Notes: generated by a model not told the origin, from the sequence alone. Shown: positions 24,972-37,861, numbered from the stretch's first letter. The stretch: DNA of 64,000 nucleotides from Adineta vaga (GCA_021613535.1 CP075492.1:13578001-13642000), one strand, 5' to 3'. Numbers and translations: made by a program.

Positions 24972-25424
24972 ATGTTAACATTTTTAAATCTGATTTTCTT
25001 TGGTATGTTATTCACGGAAATATCTTCTACAGTTATTCTTAGTTCACCTAAACCAAAATCTGTCGCCACGATTGAAAATATGACTCCAGAAATATACAAA
25101 TCTCTATTAGCTACTAGTCAGTTGAAACTTGTTCGACAAGATGGAAACATATACATTCCAAATCCGACTTCAAGTTCACCAAAAGACCCATGCATGCAAC
25201 ATTTCTATCGATGGCTTAACATCAATCTAACGTATTTTCAATCGTGGGCAAATTCGCATTGTGTACCATACAGAGGTGTTTATGGAAATGATTGTACCTA
25301 TATACTATTTCAAGTTAATCCACAGGTCCCAACTTGTACGAATTGGTGGCACTATGAAGATCTAAAGTCAATAGAAATTCCCGAATATCTTGATTACAGA
25401 ACTGATCTGTCAGCAAATTCATAG
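24972..25424 (+). CDS. Uncharacterised secreted protein (4 Cys)
   Basis: Signal-peptide-like N-terminus and 150-aa ORF. 5'UTR intron ~24886-24936; AATAAA downstream. Confidence 0.6.
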   Translation: MLTFLNLIFFGMLFTEISSTVILSSPKPKSVATIENMTPEIYKSLLATSQLKLVRQDGNIYIPNPTSSSPKDPCMQHFYRWLNINLTYFQSWANSHCVPYRGVYGNDCTYILFQVNPQVPTCTNWWHYEDLKSIEIPEYLDYRTDLSANS

Positions 25425-25732
25425 TATATGCATAAATATATCAAATTTTTTGTTGAACGAAAAATAAATTGATAACATCTATGAATAAAACTCCTTCCTT
25501 TAACGCTAAACAGGATAACAGAATGACAAAAAATTTCAAATATTTATTTAAATTCTTGCCTATACATGATGAATAGTGACATCTTCTCAAACATGAAAAC
25601 TATACGTGATTCAGTATAGAAAAGAGGAATGAAAAACTAAGATTTGTGAATGATGTCAAATCGATAATATATATAAATACGTATTTTCTTGTGCGATCGT
25701 GATTGACGTTAGAGTTATTATTACTAACAACA

Positions 25733-26913
25733 ATGTATCACACTGTTCGTATTCGAGACCTTAAACCAACAATATTAGAGAATGTTCTTGATCATCAACA
25801 TACAACTGAAGTTGATCAGAAGAATTTGATTATACCCGAACGGTATTGGCAACACTCAATTGACTCGTCAGCAAACTATAAGCAGTCGAGAGACTTTCAG
25901 ACTTATTTTCAAGCCAATGGACCTTATACAAATTTAATCTATGATGGTCATGCACTTTTTCAAGCATATTTGACTGCGTATAACGCACATGAAGACATCG
26001 TACTATCTCCTGATGATATTTGGTTAATGATTACGATTTATTATTGGCGATATGTTTCCAAAAATGCTGAAAAATTACGACGACTATTTGTTGATCATGA
26101 TAAAAAGACAGAACTTCTTGTTAATATTATGAGTATGAAGCCAGAGTAAGTAATAGACATATTTTGCATGAAATGAGACGTAAAGTCAGCGAACATGTAA
26201 AGAATGATATTGTTGATCTTCTTGCATCGCATTTTTCCATAACAGGTTCAGTCGAAGGTCTCCTGTCATTAGCATGTATTATGCATGCATTCAAAGAATA
26301 TTTTGATTATACACAATGTCTATGTGTATGTAGTATTCGAAACGTACATTTTATGGGTACTCTTGATGATTGGAAATTATTAAGAAAAAAAGCAGAAGAA
26401 TTAAAGAAATTCACAATACCATCAACCAAACATATCGAACCATCAAAAGATTTCGGCAACTATCTTGGTGGCATTCTACCGATACTAGATCAGTTTATTA
26501 AAACATATGAAGGCAATGTTGATAATAAATTTTGGGATACAATATTCGATTATACTAAAGCTGGTGTATATAGACCATCGGGGTAAGTTGAAGCTTATAA
26601 CAACAGTTTCAATTTTTAATGATTGTTTATCTATTTAAAGTATTTACTAAGAGGTCGACGCCATACGTGGTTGGTTCCTTCATCTTTGCTTTGGTATGCT
26701 CATACAGACAATATCAATATAGAAGGTGTACAATTGGAGCATATTGGCTTAGGTGCTATTTCAGTGCCTGTTAAATTAGTAAATTTAGTCAAAGGAGGTC
26801 AAGAGTCATCATGTCACGTTGTCGGTGGCTTTCATGGAATTCATTCAACAAAAGATGGCAAACATCGGGCAGTGATGAGTGTTGCTGTTTTCGAAAAACT
26901 TGAATCAAAATGA
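25733..26913 (+). pseudogene. DUF4419-family protein, disrupted
   Basis: AYNAHEDIVLSPDDIWL, LRRLFVDH..K, GTLDDW..L, DNKFW, GWF, SVPVKL, GGFHG. Anomalous junction at 26146-26156, intron ~26583-26651, frameshift near 26700. Confidence 0.8.
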
Positions 26914-27558
26914 TAATCGTTTTTCATTCAATAATTTTTGTTTTAAACAATACATTGTTTTTGAAATATGTTTATAAAACATTGTCAGCACATATTTCGA
27001 AACAAAATACGATGTGTTTTTTCTCACCTATTTTCATTCTTTCAAGGTTTTCATAATGACTGAAATGAAATAGAAAAAATAAAAGAAGAAAGAAGAAACA
27101 ATCGTTTGCTTCTAGAACATTCAATCGTTAAGTTTTTTGCTTTATTCATGTGTATAGAGACGCATATATAGACGGGGTAAGTTTTTCATCAACAAATTCA
27201 AACAATAGAAATCGATTAATCAAAAAAGAATCAGTTGATGCTACTGCTACATTACAAAACGTTCTCGTGTATTTTGTTGGAAATATTCCGGTTAAGAATA
27301 ACTCAAAATAAACATGCCATGCAAAAATTTACAGACACTTTTCTCTTAGACAATGATGTTTTTTTACTCATTCTTCATGCTGTTTTTCAGGCATGATTCT
27401 ATATAGAATGCAAAACATCGTCGCTGAAGCTGACTAGATTCTTTTATACTAGTCATTTCCTTTTTTATAACTATCTCAATGTTTCCAAAACATATTCCCG
27501 TTCAGTTTCATTCTTGTTAGCTTAAATTTTATTTTAGAATAGCATAAACATTATCGTA

Positions 27559-29329
27559 ATGAGTACAATAGTTCAATCGTCACAACTAGTAATAGTACCA
27601 AAACAAAAATTAGATCAATCATGTTCGAATTGCGGTTCAACAGCTCATTTTACTTGCATTGAACATTGTAAAGCGAGTTTATGTTCACGATGCGCTACCA
27701 GACATCATGTTATTACTATACAACAAATGCAGCAACTTCTTAAACGATTAAAAATTTATCAAATTGATTCAGCTCGTTTTGTTCAGTCGTCAGATTCATT
27801 GAAGAAATCTCTCGATATTTCGATTAAGTAAGTTTTCACGAAAAGCATTCTGTAATTTTTCAAAAATTCTTCTTTAGTCTTAACTTGACGTTAGTAGAAA
27901 ATGATCCTCAACAAGTTTACATAACTATTCTCGATGAAAATTTGAAAAAAGATCGATTAATCGATGCTAAAATTTTGACAGATTTAGAAGATTATCTTAG
28001 TAGTGTTGGTACCGTTCGAATCATTCGAACTTCTCGATCTTCAACAATCTCACGTAGTTTCAATACAAGAAGACGTCTACTTCGTCGACCTCAAGTTAGA
28101 TCACTATCAGCAGGTATTAGCTGGACAAAAACAATAACTGCATCACTGAACATTCAAAAACATTTTCAAATTTCTAATGAACCATCGGTTTCACTTACTG
28201 AATATCCAGTCGCTATTTCATTAAATAATCATTATTCTGAAACATTTTTTTGTCAATGGGAAGATAATAGTGTCATCTTTCTAAGCAAATGTTCTATTGA
28301 TATATATACACGTGGTTCTGGTTTGACATGGTCAATTCCACTTCATCATATTTTGAATAATATGAAAGATAAAGTTCTTGCAGGCACTTGGTGTTCTTAT
28401 CTTCATCGTTTGGTTCTTGTTGGTCGATATTGCTTCTATTTGTATGATTTAAGTCGTCAAAAAGTACGAAGTGTTTGTGATTGCGGATGTGGTGGTTGTT
28501 GTGGTAGTAGTACAGTACCACCAAAACCAGATCGATATACCAAATTAACATTTCGATGTCCACCAATTTATGATGATTATCCAAATTCTCCAAGATTTCT
28601 GGATTGTAGTTTTAATGAATATTTATTCTATGGTATGTATCGCGAAAAAAAATTAGTTTGTCAATATAGTCGTCCCTTTTAATTCTATTTAGCTTACAAA
28701 TCGGAAAAAGATACATACCGATTGGAAGTTTATTCTGTAACGCAAATATTTGATCTTCTGGATGAAGAACAAGAAATACAATCATCTACACACGTTTCCG
28801 GAGGTCTCAGATCGAATGATATCAAAATGAAACCACTCAATACTCTAATAATCAACGGTCAAATAGCTGCTATCTGTGTAACAAATGATCGTTTAGCCAT
28901 TGTCTATCGACGTTTACGAGAACAAGATAAATTACCTACCAATTGGAAAAATCCATTGAAATTCGATCATTATTTCGCATTATTTGATCATTCACTGATA
29001 AAATTAACGGAAGATGTTCTTCTCTTATACCGACAATTCGATGGATAACAGCAATTGTACCTTTTGGAACTGAATATGAGTATCTTCTCTGTGATCCTCT
29101 TGGTCAACAATTACTTCTCTATCAAGCGTTTAGTGGTAAAATTATCAATCGATTTCATCTTGCATGCGTTCAAGGTTGTTGTTTAATGGATGGTCGATTA
29201 GTTTTATGGGTAAGGCAAGCATTTCCAAATTCACCAATCGGAAAACTACACTTTATGAGTGCACCACATTTGGAAAAATACAGAATGGAAACAAAACGGT
29301 CTCAAATAGTGAGAGAATCGCAGAATTAA
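27559..29329 (+). CDS. B-box-like Zn finger + beta-propeller-like protein (one apparent frameshift near 29028)
   Basis: CSNC..C.EHC..LCSRCA.RH at the N-terminus. Introns ~27828-27878 and ~28633-28692. The frame resumes as WITAIVPF..SQN*. Confidence 0.6.
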
Positions 29330-29437
29330 CCTTTTCGATTGACTTTTCTTAAACTTTAACTCAAAGATTTTCTTTTTTTCTTCTCATATTTTCTTTTGAC
29401 TAATAAATTCGAGTCCTTTTATTACAAGTATAGTTAT

Positions 29438-30276
29438 TCATGCCACAATTAAAGTCACAATAAGTGAAATAACAAGTATCGAATGTAAACAAGTTACAAA
29501 TTGAGCCCAAAATGGATGATTATCTGGAAATTGATTTTTTATAAAAGGTATCAATAACAATTGATTCGGATCTTTACACAAAATATAATTCCATATCAAA
29601 GCCAAAATATATGAAGTAATCAAAACGAATTGAAAACTTAATACAAGTATTGATCTGACAATATTAAAATACCAAAGATGAAATGCTAGCATTTGTTGCC
29701 CAACAGCAAATACTATCATCAAACGATTAAGACGCATCTACAATAAGAAAATAACGAGTAGATACTTAGAAAACAGAGAGAAAAACAAACCTCATATAAT
29801 ACTTGAAAAGAATACTTGGCACGAAGCATGTCCGGTTTACGTTTTAGATGTCCAGTTATCCACCCAAAATCCATTCTCAATGAAGTTAAATATACATGTA
29901 CCATAAACATTGTCGGCACATGTAATAATGCTACTAGTTTGCTATCATTATAATGAATGATGATTTCCAAGCATAATGAAATTATACTAATGAACGTTGT
30001 CAAATATAATCGATATTTATCAGTACGACATACCAGAATTAAACATAACAAAATGAATTGTAAATCACGATCTAATGATAATTGTTCATGAGTAATAGCT
30101 AACATGAATAATATGGAAGAAATAGTGATACATGGGAACCATCGAGTACAATGACGTAATTGTTTGATTGATTCACGGATTTGGCTGTTTTTATTTTGAT
30201 AATAATCAGCATGAAAATACAATTCTTTATAAACTGTAAATAATAGAAATGACCAAAAATGTATAAAATCAAACAT
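29438..30276 (-). CDS. Uncharacterised multi-pass membrane protein (2 exons)
   Basis: ATG at 30276; intron ~29738-29790 joins the two ORFs; 6-7 hydrophobic segments. Confidence 0.6.
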
Positions 30277-31213
30277 GTTTTTCTTTCTCGACGGTGATAA
30301 GTCACTTTTCAATGATGTTAATTCAAAAAAGCAGAAAAGGAGACAAAAGATACATTTAACAAAATTTGAAACAAGGGCATTACTTTCGTTTCTTATCAAT
30401 TTTTTTCCCCGACGTATACAGAACGGGAAGAAAAAAAGAATCACGTGTTGATTCACATCATCGTATTACTTTATACTCATTTACTTTCGATATCAATTGT
30501 ACAATATCAATATGGCGAATAACACAAATAAAAATGATTATGATTGAAATACCTTGGCAGAAAATATATTGAATTGAAAGATTTATCACCGTAGATAAAT
30601 CAAAGAACAGACATCTTCTAATTGCACACTTTGACGTTGAATCTTATTGGTGTTAATAAATCGAAAGAAATGATAGAATACGCGAATAAGTAAATGCAAA
30701 AGATGATACAATATACTCATATTGAAACTGTTGATCAGTTATCACAGGTTGTTTCTAATATTTCTAAAATTATATTTGTGAAATTTTCATTGGCATTACA
30801 CCGAATCCTTTTTGTAATTATTCATATGATTCTATTGAAAACTTAATTCATCATGGTATTAAATTTACTTTCCCTGAAGAAAATCAATCTCTCAAAGATG
30901 AGTATGTCTTATGGAATTACACTTATTAATCGTTGGTATAGTGTATAAACTTTCGAAAAAATATTTAAACAAGCTGATGGTTGCCTTTCGAAGTAATTAG
31001 AAACAAAGACAATGCTTATATAGTTGATATTAAGAATAGCAAAGCAGTTATTTGACTCATTGCTTCAAAGATATAAACTGAATGTAGCATTCGAACAGAT
31101 TTTTCTTCGTCAATAAAATCAGACGAAAAGTAAGTCTTTTTTTTAATCATTAGATCCGATTAATTTTAATACTAACTATATACATAACATATAACCAAAT
31201 AACGATGTTCGTT

Positions 31214-31916
31214 CTATATATTTGTTTCTGTATTTTGCCAGGATGATACTGGTTTAACAACAATCGATGATGACTCTTCTTGTGACTTCATGGTTTGCTG
31301 ATTACTATTCAATAATGTCTGTAATTGCTGCTGTGTATCTCGTTCTGGTGATATTGTTTTGGTATATTTTTGAAAACGTCGTCTCATGATGAGAAGTACA
31401 ATAGTGATAGAAATTAGTATGCATCCCAAAATGAACAAAGTGTAGGCTTTCAATTTCCTTGGTCGACTCCATTGCCAACCCCATTGAATAATTGAAGTTT
31501 CATTTCGAGAATGATAACAAGAATATGTATTATTCACCTATAAATTACAATTGATCAAAAATAAATGTATCTCATAATTCATCTCTTCTTACCTGATATT
31601 TTCGTGCTTGAATCCATGCCCATCGATCTGATCGTGTACCAGTTGATTCAATCACATAGTCTTCTTTCGTTTCATTCTCATATATCACAGTAATATTCCA
31701 ACATGGAAAATAATTATATCTTGTATGTTTTACATTAAGTGATCGAACTTGACAACGTCCAATAATTAATGTTCTTAATTTATATATATCTTGTGAACCG
31801 GTATATACGAATAGAGCACCAAGAAAACAACAAATACCAACAACAAGTACAATACAAGAATTTTGATCTTTTGTTAAATGTTTCTTTGGCCTGGAAGAAG
31901 CAAAAGACAATACCAT
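31214..31916 (-). CDS. Two-TM protein with Cys-containing extracellular loop (BK-channel beta subunit-like topology)
   Basis: TM1, then loop GRCQV..PCWNITV..YQ|VNNTYSCY, then TM2. Intron ~31538-31592. Confidence 0.6.
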
Positions 31917-32022
31917 GTTGTATAGTTATGTATCAGCTACTGACACCATAGACAAGCACATGATTGCATAATTTACAGAGAGACCGCCAAGTAAGAGGAA
32001 AGAATGAGAGAAAGAAAACGAA

Positions 32023-32045
32023 ATATATATATATATATATATATA
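32023..32045. repeat. (TA)n microsatellite
   Basis: About 11 TA units. Confidence 0.9.
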
Positions 32046-32713
32046 ATAACTCGTGATCGATACACTCAGCGGAAAAGATATTATGCAGGAATATTTTCTT
32101 TTTCTCTCTTCTTTCCTTTCTTTACAAGCTATGGAATGTAGAATGTAATGTTTTTTTTCGTTCTTGGTTATTACATGCATTCTGTTTCATCTTGCAGAAT
32201 TGTAAAATAGTGTTGCATGTAGTTCATTTATTTCAAAGAATTGCTTGATGTGACAGATGTTTAGAAGTGTTATTTTGCATAATGACACTTGTTATTGATA
32301 TCGTTAGAATTGAAATAGATAGAAGAGTGTCCCTCTTTCGAAAGACGAGACCTTGAAAACTTTTATCGAAATTACCATTTCATCGATCTGGACACGTTGA
32401 TATTTGCTCCACAAATAATGAAACTATAAAATAATCGTTTGTTAATTACCTCTTGAACTGAAATAGCGGGGTGAAAGAATTAAAAAAAATCGACGATCAT
32501 TTAAAGAGAGTGTATTGCTCAATTTTTTTCTCTTTTCTTCTTTCTTTCACATGCTCTATGATATCACACACATATATATATATATCATTCAAGGCATTCT
32601 TATGAATAGGTAGACATATAATATAATACTTTCCAAGGATTTACCTTGATTCTTCAAAACAAAAAAAAGCTATTCTATCATCGTGGTTCACATTGTATTT
32701 TCATTTTAGAACG

Positions 32714-33937
32714 ATGTCATGTTCTTTAATTTCTTCTGAAGATCTTTCATTAAGTGATTTGATTGTACCTGTTTGTTATACACGTTTACTTCTTATTTAT
32801 GATTATATTATCAATGATTTAGAAAAACCTTTATTAAAATTTCTTCATAGATATTGTCGTAGTGTTTTCAAACGAATTATTGATAATAAATTAGTCGATT
32901 CTATTGATCGACCAACAATTTTTACGCGTAAAAGTAACAGAAATATTTCCATATCTTCATTCAATATTGAACAAAATGATATCTTTCCTTATGGACGAAT
33001 ACCCGATGATCATTCACCTCTCTTTTTCTTTCATCAATTAACTTTAAAAGATGGAACATTATTAGCAATTGGTATTCATCATCGTCTTACTGATGGTCAT
33101 GGATTGATCAATTTATTGTATCGATTTTCTGTTTGGTTGTTACGAGTACAAGTACCATTCTTATTTGAACATGATCGTTCATTACTAGCTAAACATATAG
33201 CTCCTACAATTTTATATGAACATCGTGAATATTATATCGAAGATTCTTCTCTATTATCACGGGGAATTAGTCAATCTGAAATAGAAACCGATGTTATTAT
33301 TAAATGTTATAGAAAACAAGATTTATTTTCTAAATTACATATTACTAGTAAACATGTATCATTCAATGATGTTCTTGTATCTTGGTTAACTAAAACTATT
33401 AGTCGTATTCGTCGTGTACCTCGTGAAACACTTGTTAAAATTGGTATGCCAACAAATGGACGAGCTGTATTAAGATTAGATGAAGATTATTTTGGTAATT
33501 GTGTTTTTTATATCTATATTCCATTTATTATGTCAGATCTTCAATCATTATCAGTTAATGATTTATCTGAACGAGTACATGAAGAACGCAAACGTTGTAT
33601 GACACGTACTTACATTGAATCAGCATTAGCTTATATCAAATATAATATGGCAAAATCAAATCATACTGTATGTCCAATATTCAATCTGTTCGATGAATAT
33701 GATCTTGCATTTACAAACTGGTCACGATTTCCAATGTATCAAATTGATTTTGGTCGAGGACCACCTCGTCGTGTATTTCTTCCACCAGGCAAGAGACGAA
33801 ATGGAATGATCACGATATTACCAACAGTAGATGGAGATAATGAAATCGAACTCTATATTCGACTTGATAAAAAATATATCGTAGAATTATCAAAGACATT
33901 GAGTTTATATGAATTTCAAAAGAAAGCTATTCGTTAA
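32714..33937 (+). CDS. BAHD/transferase-family CoA-dependent acyltransferase
   Basis: HHRLTDG (HxxxDG), YFGN and DFGRG (DFGWG-like) motifs. Intronless CDS. Confidence 0.9.
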   Translation: MSCSLISSEDLSLSDLIVPVCYTRLLLIYDYIINDLEKPLLKFLHRYCRSVFKRIIDNKLVDSIDRPTIFTRKSNRNISISSFNIEQNDIFPYGRIPDDHSPLFFFHQLTLKDGTLLAIGIHHRLTDGHGLINLLYRFSVWLLRVQVPFLFEHDRSLLAKHIAPTILYEHREYYIEDSSLLSRGISQSEIETDVIIKCYRKQDLFSKLHITSKHVSFNDVLVSWLTKTISRIRRVPRETLVKIGMPTNGRAVLRLDEDYFGNCVFYIYIPFIMSDLQSLSVNDLSERVHEERKRCMTRTYIESALAYIKYNMAKSNHTVCPIFNLFDEYDLAFTNWSRFPMYQIDFGRGPPRRVFLPPGKRRNGMITILPTVDGDNEIELYIRLDKKYIVELSKTLSLYEFQKKAIR

Positions 33938-34609
33938 TACAATTTGTATAGATTGAGAACTTCTTAAGAATAAAATTACCTAAGAGTCAAAATATGTTTT
34001 TTATTTTTTGAAAAATCTTCTTATACAATGTTTTACAGAACTTTCAAAATTAAAAGTATGCACCAGAACGACGATTACGTTTGAAAATAAACTATACGTA
34101 GTAAAAAATCGCATTCTTTACAAGGGTATTCATGCAATATTATTAAACAAAAAGTACTACAATCTCAACAAATAAATATCGTCTACATTAAATATCATTT
34201 TTAGAAACAGCATTACAATCAAACGTCTTTTAATAGTCTTCGTACAGTTATTCAATTCAATTCTCCGATAATCTCGATATCACAATACTTTAACTATGAA
34301 AATTAATCTAATTTAATGTCAATAGTAAATTAGAAAATTTAACGAAAAAAGCAATGGTTGGTCAATATAGTTACGAACAAAAAAAATTGATCTGGTCTTT
34401 ATTTCAGTACTGTTCCAACTAAAAACTTCACTGCGCTTTTCTCTTATTCACTTATAACAATAGTCTCTCGTTTAGTGAAGGATACATGTATTAGAAAGAA
34501 CACAGTGAAACATCGAGCGCGAGAGAAAGAAAGAAGAAAAAAAAGAAATACAACATATAATAAAACACGTGCAAAAACAATCGAGGAAGAAAACAAAAGT
34601 CACCATCAA

Positions 34610-35395
34610 ATGCATATTAACTATTTGAAATGGGATGGATTTAAATCTGGTCTTCAAGAATTAATCAATCAAATTCGTCAATGTATGAAAATGAACAATG
34701 GTGGTATTTGTATAATAAAGGATGTCCCTATCAATGATGATAATGTTGCATTGTTATCTATTGCTAATGCTTTTAATGGTACTCTACTTCGTGATACACG
34801 AATGCCAGCTCGTGCTATGGAAGCTAACTGTGTTATTTATCGTGTAGAAGAAGATCTATTAAATACGGATGAATATGCCTATTCAGCAACCAATCAACAT
34901 TTTCCTCTTCATACTGATTGTGCTCATTTTCTTTATCCACCTCAACTAATGATGTTACTCTGTTGTCGACCATCATCACTAAATCCAGAACATGGTAAAA
35001 CAATATTAACACATGTAAATGATATTGTAGAAAAACTAACTGACGAAGATAGAACGAATCTTACTCAACTTCAATTTCCTTGGTGGCAAAGTAGAAGTAT
35101 AGTACGAGCACCAATTTTATCTCAAGATCAACAAACAAATAGATGGTTTGTTCGTTTTAATCAAGCAACACTTGAACGTGAAATGAATAATGATGAATTT
35201 AGAAATACATCTGCTTTACAATCATTCATCAAATTATTACAATCAATCGAAACTGATCCAAACAATACAATCACATTGACTACTGGTGATCTATTAATTG
35301 TACATAATCAACGTATTCTACATGGTCGAACTGCATTTCCATCTGGAAGTTCACGTTTACTCAAACGAATTCGTATACGTGTACCAGATCTCTGA
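34610..35395 (+). CDS. TauD/TfdA-family Fe(II)/2-oxoglutarate dioxygenase
   Basis: PLHTD (HxD), GDLLIVHNQRILHGRTAF and R.LKR motifs. Intronless. Confidence 0.9.
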   Translation: MHINYLKWDGFKSGLQELINQIRQCMKMNNGGICIIKDVPINDDNVALLSIANAFNGTLLRDTRMPARAMEANCVIYRVEEDLLNTDEYAYSATNQHFPLHTDCAHFLYPPQLMMLLCCRPSSLNPEHGKTILTHVNDIVEKLTDEDRTNLTQLQFPWWQSRSIVRAPILSQDQQTNRWFVRFNQATLEREMNNDEFRNTSALQSFIKLLQSIETDPNNTITLTTGDLLIVHNQRILHGRTAFPSGSSRLLKRIRIRVPDL

Positions 35396-35428
35396 ACATT
35401 CTGAATTTCATTGCTAGAACATTGACAT

Positions 35429-36481
35429 TTATTTAAAGATAAAAATAGCAAAGATTATAATAAAAATGACATATTTAGTTTTTGAAATTAGTTTTAATCC
35501 TAATGATGATACATTTGAGCCTCCTAATACTAAATAAACTTGTTTCGCAATTAATGTTTGCATTGCAGTTGTTAAATGAAATTCATCAGCAAAGATTCTC
35601 TTCTTTATATCGTTACATTGTATAAGAACTGTTGAACTACTTTCTGTATCCCAACATTTATCTAAATTTTCAAATCCATATAGCTTATAATCATTTATGA
35701 TTTTCGACATAAATGTATAACAATCAAATAATCGAATATTTAATCGACTATGTAACGTAAAATAAGTGTGATTAAGTTTATTTGCTAAAATTTCATTATG
35801 TTGTAGATATAAAAGTTTTGTTTCATTTGTTGTTTCTGATTGATAGGGTGGAAAACGATCAAAAGGTGGTTGATTAAATATTAGAAGATTTCTGACACCA
35901 AAAAAAACTAATATATTAATAGATTCCATCATACTTTCGACTGTTTCTAATGGTGTTATATTTGGAGCATAAAAATAATTATTAATTCCAATCCAAACAA
36001 CATATAACGTTCGATCAAAATCAATATTTTGATTGATTGATAAATTAATATAAGTATCTATTTGTTGACGAACACCTGGTGGTTTAGCATTACTTCGAAA
36101 AGAATAATTCTCCTTTATATTTGGATTATAACCCATAGTTGCTTGTACTAAATCACTATCGGTTGTTGCACAACCATAAGCAAAATCATGTAAAGTTGCT
36201 CCATTTAAATATTCTTGAGTAAGGATTTGATTCCACATAAGACCATCCGAATAACTACCATTGATATTAAATGGTGGAACAGGTGGCCATGTATAAAAAG
36301 ATAATCGATAACCATTACCTGTATCAGTTAACGAATCACCGAATGTTACAACAGTCGTATAATTCAAATTACCTATTAGAAATACAAGAAAAAAAAAGTC
36401 TGATATTGGTTCATTGATCTTTATCTTACCACTATTGATTGTTATGAAATATGTGGATAGAAAAATCCAAAATAAAAACAT
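35429..36481 (-). CDS. GDSL/SGNH esterase-lipase, secreted and probably GPI-anchored
   Basis: FGDSLTDTG, WIGINN and DEFH motifs; signal peptide; hydrophobic tail. In-frame 57-nt intron at 36373-36429. Confidence 0.9.
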   Translation of the reverse strand: MFLFWIFLSTYFITINSGKIKINEPISDFFFLVFLIGNLNYTTVVTFGDSLTDTGNGYRLSFYTWPPVPPFNINGSYSDGLMWNQILTQEYLNGATLHDFAYGCATTDSDLVQATMGYNPNIKENYSFRSNAKPPGVRQQIDTYINLSINQNIDFDRTLYVVWIGINNYFYAPNITPLETVESMMESINILVFFGVRNLLIFNQPPFDRFPPYQSETTNETKLLYLQHNEILANKLNHTYFTLHSRLNIRLFDCYTFMSKIINDYKLYGFENLDKCWDTESSSTVLIQCNDIKKRIFADEFHLTTAMQTLIAKQVYLVLGGSNVSSLGLKLISKTKYVIFIIIFAIFIFK

Positions 36482-37861
36482 TGTAATTCGGTAATTGTCT
36501 ATGTCAAATGACTGCGACGAAAACTTCCTGTGTTTAAATGACGATAAGCAAACAGAATAAATACGATCCTCTTTCTCTCGATGGAACGTGTCTGGTTTTT
36601 TTTCAAATTAAATAGAAATATCTCGGTAATTTTCTTTCCAGATTTAACATAGATTATAAAAAAAACAGTTCTTTATTATTTTGAAGGTCACGATCTACAT
36701 AAATATGTATGACATTATAATAATATTCTATTGACAAAGCATGCGAACCTAAAACATATTTTTGTCTGTATTTTCTTGATTAAGCGAAAGAAAGAGATTT
36801 TTTTCTCAATACGTGACATGAAAATGTCAAATATAATAATTGATTTTCTTTTTTCTCTTCTTCTTCTTCTTCTCCTTCTTCTCTATTTGATTATATAAAT
36901 ACATGAAATTGAAATCAAAGGTTTATTGATTCGGTCGTTTAATAACATCAATTATCAAAGTAATAAACACAATTGAATCGTATAGCAAACATTCAAATGA
37001 ACATAATCACTGGCGTACTAGAGTAGTACTCTCCTCTTCAATTAGACTCACTGAAAAAAAAAAGAGAAACAATTATACACAAGTTGAGAACATCTTTGGA
37101 ATTATAGTTATTGTAAAATGTCATCTATCGATTGGAAGTTTTCATTACGAGTGACGTACCCAGAACTCATTTCTTTCATAATGATGACATAAAGGAGGAA
37201 CAAAAGAATGGTATATATATATATAAATAAAGATCCTTTTTTTTGTCTATTTTTATCTGAAATGTATTTGATGATTTAGTAAACAAATCTCGACAAAGTC
37301 TTCAAATGCACGAAAAAACTTCGTTCAACTATCAATTATGTTCACAATCAACATTAAGACGTGTCTTTTGTACTTATTCTATTATTTTGTACTTTGAAGG
37401 GTAGCCTGTTTAAAAGAAGAATATGGTTTAAGCTTAATATGATATATTGAAGCATTTGCTCCTCATCATGACAAGAAAAATTATTCTCAAGCATTAGAAT
37501 CGTATGAAAATATATGGTGAGAATAATCTATGTCATTCGATTTAAGTTATTTCATGCTTTGTACTGATGACAATTAATGAAGGAAGGAAAGCAATAAATA
37601 TAAATTAATATTCAATAGTGTCTGTATATGATTGCCCGATAGAAATGAAAGGTTATTGACACAAACTTGCGTATGTGATGAATCAATCAAATTATTGTTT
37701 GATCAATACGTGCTTTTCATTCATCAATGAATAAGAAGTACTGACATAGAATTTGAAAGAGTATATGATGAATGATACATTCTGCTAACAGGCAAATCTT
37801 TGACTAGTTTTGTTTTTGCATATATAAACGTTATTTGTCTTATTTTTCGAGAGCATTCGAA

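Noticed and set aside
34475-34609. Basic N-terminal extension of the TauD ORF (and similar non-ATG starts at 32693, 37835, 25703, 30456)
   Set aside because: Starts at GTG/TTG and crosses promoter-like A-rich sequence; the downstream ATG is preferred in a eukaryote
34610-35395. TauD dioxygenase as the MAA enzyme MysH
   Set aside because: MysH is PhyH-family, whereas these motifs are TauD/TfdA-type; no evidence of a link
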